Shown here piece by piece: positions 58,131 to 64,000 of a DNA stretch of 64,000 bases. Each line of letters starts with the position of its first letter. Positions within the stretch are counted from its first letter, which is position 1. The notes beneath the pieces were generated by a model. The model worked only from the letters and a program-made list of their open reading frames with translations. It was not told the DNA's origin and searched no databases. Origin of the DNA: a virus; IMG/VR virus record IMGVR_UViG_3300022074_000002, one strand, 5' to 3'. The position numbers and the translations under genes were made by a program.

Positions 58131-58154
58131 ACTAAGAAGGGATTATAGTGGGTA

Positions 58155-58967
58155 ATGGCATCTCCAAGTACAAAAACAGAATTGATTACATATGCCAAGA
58201 GGCAATTAGGTGAACCTGTCTTGCAAGTTAACGTAGATGATGAGCAAGTAAACAATGTAATTGACGACACATTTCAGTTCTTTCAAGAGAATTGTTACAA
58301 TGGTATGGAGAGATGTTATCTAGTACACGAGATAACTGCTGCTGATAAGACTCGTCTTGCAGCAACTGTTTCTACATCAAAAACAGATGGTGCTGATACT
58401 GTAACTTGGAATGAAGCAACAAATTATATACCCATACCAGCTCATGTAACTGGTATTAGTAAGGTATTTGGAATGGTAGGTAACTCTATTCGTTCTAACT
58501 TATTTGGTGTTGAGTATAGAATGTTCTTAAATGACTTATATGCTTTTGGATCCCTCGATATCTTAAACTACTATATGACTAAGCAATATCTAGAAACTCT
58601 AGATATGGTTTTAAACAACGGTTCATTCCAGCAGTTTAGATATACTCAGCGTCGTGATCGTTTGTATCTAGATATAGATAAAGACTTCTTACAAGAAGGA
58701 CAGAATCTATTGATAGAGGCTCATCGTATGATAGACCCAAATGATGCAACCGAAATGTATAATGATATATTTGTAAAAAGATATGCTACTTCATTGTTAA
58801 AAAAACAGTGGGGTCAGAACTTGATCAAGTATAACAATGTTCAACTACCTGGCGGTGTAACACTTAATGGTAGAGAACTTTACATGGACGCACTAGCAGA
58901 AATTGAGAAGATCGAAGGTGAGGTTCTCAGTAAGTATGCTATACCACCAATGGATATGATCGGATAA
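58155..58967 (+). CDS. g13: Neck protein gp13
   Basis: YAKRQLGEPVLQVNV...KKQWGQNLIKY..VQLPGGVTLNG. Confidence 0.95.
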   Translation: MASPSTKTELITYAKRQLGEPVLQVNVDDEQVNNVIDDTFQFFQENCYNGMERCYLVHEITAADKTRLAATVSTSKTDGADTVTWNEATNYIPIPAHVTGISKVFGMVGNSIRSNLFGVEYRMFLNDLYAFGSLDILNYYMTKQYLETLDMVLNNGSFQQFRYTQRRDRLYLDIDKDFLQEGQNLLIEAHRMIDPNDATEMYNDIFVKRYATSLLKKQWGQNLIKYNNVQLPGGVTLNGRELYMDALAEIEKIEGEVLSKYAIPPMDMIG

Positions 58968-58968
58968 A

Positions 58969-59859
58969 ATGCCTACAAGTCCCTACTTCCCAACTTATCA
59001 CCAAGGTCACAGTGGCGAACAAACTTTGGTTCAGAATCTTGTGGATGAGCAAATCAAACTCTTTGGTTCTGACATATACTATCTACCCAAAACAGTCTTA
59101 GCAGATAGCACATTGGATGAGGTCAGATACACTAAGTATCAAGATCAATTTCAAATTGAAATGTTGCTTGTAAATGTAATGGGTTTTGGAGACAATGCAG
59201 AATTTATAAGTAAATTTGGTTTACGTATTACAGACGAGATAATCTTTCGTGTGTCTACAAACAGATGGGACGAGGAAGTAGCAGAGCATAGTATGTCTGC
59301 GAAACTTACAGTTCCTAGTAGACCTAATGAAGGGGATTTATTATACTATCCTCTTACAGAAGATTTGTATGAAATTAAGTATGTTGGAAAGGAAGAACCA
59401 TTCTTCCAGTTTGGTAAGATACAATTTTATGCAATCACTGCAGAACTATACGAGGTTGGTTCAGACGATCTTGCTACAGGTGTTGCAGAGATAGATGCTA
59501 TAGAGGAGTTGTTCGATAGTGCTATTGCTTTGTCTATGGGAGTAGGTGGTACAGGAGACTTTACTACTGGTGAGACTGTTACTGGTGGTACTACTTCTAC
59601 AACTGCAGAAGTTAAGTCATGGGATAGTTCTACAAGAGTACTACAGGTAATCAATAGGACTGGAACATTTGCAGCAAACGAATCACTTACAGGTAATACC
59701 AGTGGTGCTGTATGGGTTGTATCAACCTTCGATACACTACAGGATACAAATAGTGAGTATGATGCAAATAGACAAATCGAAGATGCTGCTGACAATATAG
59801 TTGATTGGTCAGAAGGTAATCCATTCGGTGAGTTTGGTAATTTTACAGGTAGCATATAA
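58969..59859 (+). CDS. g14: Neck protein gp14
   Basis: LVDEQIKLFG.DIYYLP...RPNEGDLLYYPL...EEPFFQFGK; C-terminal NPFGEF. Confidence 0.95.
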   Translation: MPTSPYFPTYHQGHSGEQTLVQNLVDEQIKLFGSDIYYLPKTVLADSTLDEVRYTKYQDQFQIEMLLVNVMGFGDNAEFISKFGLRITDEIIFRVSTNRWDEEVAEHSMSAKLTVPSRPNEGDLLYYPLTEDLYEIKYVGKEEPFFQFGKIQFYAITAELYEVGSDDLATGVAEIDAIEELFDSAIALSMGVGGTGDFTTGETVTGGTTSTTAEVKSWDSSTRVLQVINRTGTFAANESLTGNTSGAVWVVSTFDTLQDTNSEYDANRQIEDAADNIVDWSEGNPFGEFGNFTGSI

Positions 59860-60659
59860 TGTTAGGTAATCACTTTTACAACCAGATAGTTCGTAAGAAC
59901 ATCATAGCATTTGGAACACTCTTCAATAATATTACACTGAAGAGCACAGATCCAAGCACTGGTGCTGTATTGGAAGAAATGAAAGTACCGTTAGCATACG
60001 GTCCTAAACAAAAATTTATTGTAAGACTAGAAGAAAACACTAGCAATAGAAAAGTAGCAATCACTCTACCGAGATTGTACTTTGAGATGACTAGCATTGA
60101 CTACGATCCTACTCGTAAGACATCTCCTATACAGAAATACAAAACTATTGTTGATGGTAATGGTGGTGAGGTAAGAGTGCAGTATGTTCCTGTACCATAC
60201 AATCTATCATTTGAACTTGGTGTCATGGCAAAGTCACAAGACGATGCTTTACAAATTACTGAGCAGATACTACCATACTTCCAACCATCTTTCAGTGTTA
60301 CTCTTAACATGATACCTGATATGAATGAGAAGAGAGACATTGCTGTTGTACTAAACAATGTATCATATGAGGATACATGGGATGATAGTTTCTATGAGCG
60401 TAGATATATTGTTTACACTCTTAACTTTCAAATGAAGACCTTTCTATACGGTCCTTATAACACTGCAGATGTTATTAAGAAAGCAATTATACACGAGACA
60501 CTTGGTGATGCAGCAACCAACCGTAGAACTATTACTAGAACATATACACCAAAAGCAAAAACTGATATCAATCAAGATGGTCAAATTGATGCAGCAGATG
60601 ATATATTAGTAGATGCTGGTGATGATTTTGGATTCAATGAAGGGATTAGTTACTTATGA
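59859..60659 (+). CDS. g15: Tail sheath stabiliser / tail terminator gp15
   Basis: FY...RK.IIAFGTLFNNI...KVPLAYGPKQKF...EQILPYFQP. Confidence 0.95.
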   Translation: MLGNHFYNQIVRKNIIAFGTLFNNITLKSTDPSTGAVLEEMKVPLAYGPKQKFIVRLEENTSNRKVAITLPRLYFEMTSIDYDPTRKTSPIQKYKTIVDGNGGEVRVQYVPVPYNLSFELGVMAKSQDDALQITEQILPYFQPSFSVTLNMIPDMNEKRDIAVVLNNVSYEDTWDDSFYERRYIVYTLNFQMKTFLYGPYNTADVIKKAIIHETLGDAATNRRTITRTYTPKAKTDINQDGQIDAADDILVDAGDDFGFNEGISYL

Positions 60660-61057
60660 ACCTAGAAGATAATATGGAGGAACTTCTTAACATGGACGTA
60701 GAACCTGTTGAGAAACCTAACTTGCCAAAAGTCAAATCAAAAGATGATGATCAACAAAAAGATTACGAATATACTCGTGGTGAATTGTATTCTTTGATTG
60801 ACCAAGGTCAAGAAGCAGTGAAGGGTGCATTAGAAGTAGCACAAGAGAGTGGTCATCCTAGAGCATATGAGGTTGCTGTAGCAGCAATGAAGCACGTTGC
60901 AGACATGACAGAAAAATTACAAGACTTACATAAGAAAATGAAAGACCTTGATGAAGAAGCGAAAGGTCCTAGTAAGGTTACTAACAATGCTATGTTTGTT
61001 GGTTCTACATCAGAACTACAGAAAATGTTAAAACAAATGGGTGGTGGCAAGAGGTAA
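60656..61057 (+). CDS. g16: Terminase small subunit gp16
   Basis: DYEYTRG.LY.LI..GQEA...HPRAYEV...NNAMFVGSTSELQKML. Confidence 0.95.
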   Translation: MNLEDNMEELLNMDVEPVEKPNLPKVKSKDDDQQKDYEYTRGELYSLIDQGQEAVKGALEVAQESGHPRAYEVAVAAMKHVADMTEKLQDLHKKMKDLDEEAKGPSKVTNNAMFVGSTSELQKMLKQMGGGKR

Positions 61058-61061
61058 CTGC

Positions 61062-61068
61062 ATAAATA
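61062..61068 (+). promoter_or_regulatory. T4-type late promoter
   Basis: ATAAATA upstream of 61093. Confidence 0.65.
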
Positions 61069-61092
61069 AATGCAGAGACCCTGACATGGTAC

Positions 61093-61404
61093 ATGAGATA
61101 CAAAGAATTTAAAAGACTCGCTGAGTCTGCCAATGTGCAGGATAACGGAATTTTAGAAGGTGCAGCCTGGACAAAGAAGGCTGGCAAATCAAAAGAAGGT
61201 GGACTTAACGAGAAAGGACGAAAGTCGTATGAGAAGGCTAATCCAGGATCTGACCTTAAAGCACCAAGCAAGAAGGTTGGAAATCCCCGTCGGTCATCAT
61301 TCTGTGCTAGAATGAAAGGAATGAAAAAGAAATTAACTTCAAAGAAAACTGCCAGCGATCCTGATAGCAGGATCAACAAATCACTAAGAGCTTGGAATTG
61401 CTAA
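61093..61404 (+). CDS. Basic conserved protein (DUF6321-like), possible internal head protein
   Basis: GGLNEKGR...RRSSFCARM.G...RINKSLRAWNC. Confidence 0.75.
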   Translation: MRYKEFKRLAESANVQDNGILEGAAWTKKAGKSKEGGLNEKGRKSYEKANPGSDLKAPSKKVGNPRRSSFCARMKGMKKKLTSKKTASDPDSRINKSLRAWNC

Positions 61405-61456
61405 CACAACGTGTAATGTGATATAATATTGAGTATAATTATAGTATGAATACCTA

Positions 61457-61618
61457 ATGAGAAAAATGCGTCTTAACAATGGCGATGTTCAATATCTAAT
61501 CAGAGCTTGTTTGGTCTATCAAGAGCAGACAGGATCGGAAGATCTATGGGAAAAATACGATGATTTAATTAATAAACTCAGAATTTATTCAGAGCAAAAC
61601 TTGACCCCATCAGAATAA
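61457..61618 (+). CDS. Small hypothetical protein (53 aa, MRKMRLNNGDVQYL...)
   Basis: Translated by hand; TAATG overlap with next gene. Confidence 0.7.
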   Translation: MRKMRLNNGDVQYLIRACLVYQEQTGSEDLWEKYDDLINKLRIYSEQNLTPSE

Positions 61619-61794
61619 TGAAACTTAAAACAAGATTTGAAACTTTCTCTATGGAAGAAAGGCAGATGCTTGCGGAAGCAATCTGGAGAAGACAAAGATG
61701 TTATATTGCTGGCGACAAACTCTTCAATCAGTATGGTAAGATGTTGTCAGAAGTCCTAGATAAAATGGACTATATGCCAGGCAGAGTAGTATAA
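61618..61794 (+). CDS. Small hypothetical protein (58 aa, MKLKTRFETFSMEERQML...)
   Basis: Translated by hand. Confidence 0.7.
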   Translation: MKLKTRFETFSMEERQMLAEAIWRRQRCYIAGDKLFNQYGKMLSEVLDKMDYMPGRVV

Positions 61795-61797
61795 ATA
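61790..61797 (+). promoter_or_regulatory. Perfect T4 late promoter directly upstream of ho1
   Basis: TATAAATA ending 12 nt before ATG 61810. Confidence 0.75.
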
Positions 61798-61809
61798 CCT
61801 ATTAATATT

Positions 61810-62505
61810 ATGTTCAGTAAAGAATTAAAAGAAGCAACTAAGGAATCTCATTCCGCAGCAGAAAATACAAAGTTTGTTGCAGGATTTCTTAGAGGTGTTG
61901 TTGACCCTGAGGAGTATCGTAAACTCATTGCCAATTTCTGGTATGTTTACAGTACTATGGAAAAACTAATTAGCGATGCTGATGACCCAACTGTAAGAGT
62001 ATTACAGGGATGGCAATCAGATCTTGATCGTAGTCAATCATTAGAAAAAGATCTAGCATATTACTACGGTCCTTATTGGAAAGAAGAGATAAAATCTTCA
62101 ACTGCATGTGATGCCTATTGTTCTAGACTAACTGAATTAGCACAGGAAGATCCATATCTTCTGCTTGCTCATCATTATACTAGGTACATAGGTGATCTAT
62201 CAGGTGGACAAATTCTATGTAAAATAGCAAAGAGTGCACTTAATCCTCCTGCGGGAGAAGGTCTTAATTTCTATGAGTTTCCTGAGATTCACAATGCAAA
62301 GGAATGGAAAACAAAATACAGAGCAATACTTGATGTATTGGATCTAGATCAATCACAGAAGAATGCTATATTTTCTGAAGCAAACTATGCATTTAGATTG
62401 AATATGTATATGTTTGATGAAATCAAATCTGAAGATCCTTATCCTGTAATGACAGCACTACAAGGTTTCTGGAAAGTAATTACTGGTTCAATTACAAACA
62501 AATAA
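61810..62505 (+). CDS. ho1: Heme oxygenase (ferredoxin-dependent, biliverdin-forming)
   Basis: LKEATKESHSAAEN (proximal His), AHHYTRYIGDLSGGQIL distal helix, EAN.AF.LN. Confidence 0.95.
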   Translation: MFSKELKEATKESHSAAENTKFVAGFLRGVVDPEEYRKLIANFWYVYSTMEKLISDADDPTVRVLQGWQSDLDRSQSLEKDLAYYYGPYWKEEIKSSTACDAYCSRLTELAQEDPYLLLAHHYTRYIGDLSGGQILCKIAKSALNPPAGEGLNFYEFPEIHNAKEWKTKYRAILDVLDLDQSQKNAIFSEANYAFRLNMYMFDEIKSEDPYPVMTALQGFWKVITGSITNK

Positions 62506-62507
62506 AA

Positions 62508-62612
62508 ATGAAAGACTTACCAATCAAATCATCATGTATTCTTTTTGGTATAATTATTGGAACAGGAACATTCCTCATACCAATAGCATGGGCACATCCT
62601 ATATTAGTATAA
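62508..62612 (+). CDS. Small hydrophobic peptide (34 aa)
   Basis: Translated by hand; fills the gap exactly; one transmembrane segment. Confidence 0.55.
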   Translation: MKDLPIKSSCILFGIIIGTGTFLIPIAWAHPILV

Positions 62613-63143
62613 ATGTTCAATACTTTATTATTTGGAGTTGGGTTATCTCAATTTCACCTTAGTGATATTGATAACGAAAAAATCTCAGATCTAGTTAGAT
62701 CAGGAGACGACCATAGAAACTTGGATATTTCTGATACATTATTATCAGAGTTAAATTGTCGCATCTTAAAAGAAGGCAAACATATCTTAAACTCAACTTG
62801 TAAAAGCAAGGAGTTAAAGATAAAAAAAGTCTGGTGTAATTACAATTTTAATAAAGATATAGAAGAACCACACAATCATAGAAATAGTTTTTTATCTGCT
62901 ATTTACTATCCACTATCAACTGACGGAGTAATACAATTTTTTTCTCCATTCTCTGATTATTTTCTATCACAAATACCCATCGAAGATGTATATGATATGA
63001 ACTGCTATAACTCTAGTTTTTATGAGTTGCCAGTTAGATCTGGAGACTTAGTAATATTCAACTCAATGCTATACCATAGAGCAAAACTATCTACAGATGA
63101 ACGTATATCTATAGCATACGATATTAATATCAAATCATGGTAG
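62613..63143 (+). CDS. Putative 2OG-Fe(II) oxygenase (TIGR02466-like)
   Basis: WCNYN...PHNH.NSFLSAIYY...GDLVIFNS.LYH...RISIAYD. Confidence 0.85.
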   Translation: MFNTLLFGVGLSQFHLSDIDNEKISDLVRSGDDHRNLDISDTLLSELNCRILKEGKHILNSTCKSKELKIKKVWCNYNFNKDIEEPHNHRNSFLSAIYYPLSTDGVIQFFSPFSDYFLSQIPIEDVYDMNCYNSSFYELPVRSGDLVIFNSMLYHRAKLSTDERISIAYDINIKSW

Positions 63144-63262
63144 TCTGGGGAGTCATATGGATGGTAGGAATACTGGTCGTAATAGTGACTTGGTATATCT
63201 ACTATATACTAAAGATGTCATTTATGGAGATGAAAGATGGGAGTGATGACACCACCAAGTAG
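63137..63262 (+). CDS. Small membrane protein (41 aa, MVVWGVIWMVGILVVIVTWYIYYILKM...)
   Basis: Translated by hand; single transmembrane helix. Confidence 0.65.
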   Translation: MVVWGVIWMVGILVVIVTWYIYYILKMSFMEMKDGSDDTTK

Positions 63263-63698
63263 GAAGTCCTGCTATAACTTTAGAGTAACGGAGATTAACC
63301 GTGTTGTTGACGGCGATACTATTGATGTCACCATTGATCTTGGGTTTGACTTATACAAGAAAGAAAGAGTTAGAATTGCAGGAGTTGATACGCCAGAGAA
63401 AAGAACAAGAGATTTGGAAGAGAAGGCATTGGGATTAGATGCTACTAACTGGATGAAAGAAAAATTAGAAGGTGCTATTGATGGAGATGATGAACTCACT
63501 ATACGAACTGAACTTAAAGGTGGGATGGGTAAGTATGGGCGTCTGCTTGGTTGGTTATATATTGGTGATGAAAATGTATCACTCAACGAACAAATGATTG
63601 ACGAAGGTTACGCTTGGGGGTATGATGGAGGAACTAAACAAAAAAACTTTGATGAACTTCGTGAAATACGAAGGTCTCTCGGTACACTTATTGAATAA
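63237..63698 (+). CDS. Staphylococcal-nuclease (SNase)-like endonuclease
   Basis: VVDGDTID...RIAGVDTPE...GKYGRLLG...NEQMIDEGYA. Confidence 0.9.
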   Translation: MGVMTPPSRKSCYNFRVTEINRVVDGDTIDVTIDLGFDLYKKERVRIAGVDTPEKRTRDLEEKALGLDATNWMKEKLEGAIDGDDELTIRTELKGGMGKYGRLLGWLYIGDENVSLNEQMIDEGYAWGYDGGTKQKNFDELREIRRSLGTLIE

Positions 63699-63703
63699 CT
63701 ATT

Positions 63704-63934
63704 ATGAAAAGCAGAATGATTGAAGCTCTCAAAGCAGAAGCAACTGGGAAAATTAAAAAGCATTTAGTAAACATTGATGTTTACTTACACAATCCTGTTG
63801 GTATTGGTGAGCACTCTAATATCATGGATGCAGTAATAACAGAACTTGATGCTATTGCTAAAGAAGATGATAGATTAGAAGCATTAGAAAAGTATGTAGA
63901 AGGTAGAGAAAAAAATAATTGCTTTAAAGTCTAA
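63704..63934 (+). CDS. Conserved hypothetical protein (76 aa)
   Basis: NIDVYL.NPVGIGEH..IMD motif. Confidence 0.75.
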   Translation: MKSRMIEALKAEATGKIKKHLVNIDVYLHNPVGIGEHSNIMDAVITELDAIAKEDDRLEALEKYVEGREKNNCFKV

Positions 63935-64000
63935 TGAATATAGAAGATCCTATTGATGATTGGAATATCCATTTAGAGATTGGTATCACTGATGCCAGAA
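63934..64000 (+). CDS. Start of a hypothetical protein, truncated by the window edge
   Basis: TAATG overlap; open to the end of the window (MNIEDPIDDW...). Confidence 0.5.
   Translation, partial: MNIEDPIDDWNIHLEIGITDAR

Noticed and set aside
1-64000. tRNA, rRNA, psbA/hli photosynthesis genes, transposases
   Set aside because: None recognised by eye; a tRNAscan/Infernal run would be needed to exclude RNA genes formally

Overview
This is a 64-kb segment of a T4-like marine cyanomyovirus (Kyanoviridae-type). The AT-rich sequence suggests a Prochlorococcus host; the exact isolate cannot be named without a search. 1-5.4 kb: early region of small ORFs, most behind a sigma70-type promoter preceded by a conserved 24-bp palindrome. 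5.6-8.1 kb: small late/conserved ORFs including a PAAR-like spike. 8.2-48.1 kb: baseplate and fibre module (g25, g6, giant g7, g8, VrlC/DUF4815-like protein, two giant fibre proteins). 48.1-58.1 kb: fibre-tip and chaperone genes followed by a tightly coupled run of a U32-family/methyltransferase fusion and seven 2OG-Fe(II) oxygenases. 58.2-61.1 kb: g13, g14, g15, g16. 61.1-64 kb: accessory island after g16 (heme oxygenase behind a perfect late promoter, another 2OG oxygenase, SNase-like nuclease). The most striking observation is that gp7 and the 3471-aa fibre carry four helical domains that align by hand to beta-phycocyanin helices A/B-E-F-G-H. All four keep the Cys equivalent to beta155 and two keep the CxRD/CxQD Cys equivalent to beta84. 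With late-promoter ho1, this suggests bilin-chromophorylated virions (hypothesis). Fibre proteins also show nested (matryoshka) domain insertions and cupredoxin-like metal sites. No tRNA, rRNA, CRISPR array, integrase or transposase was seen. Family names come from motif recognition, not database searches.
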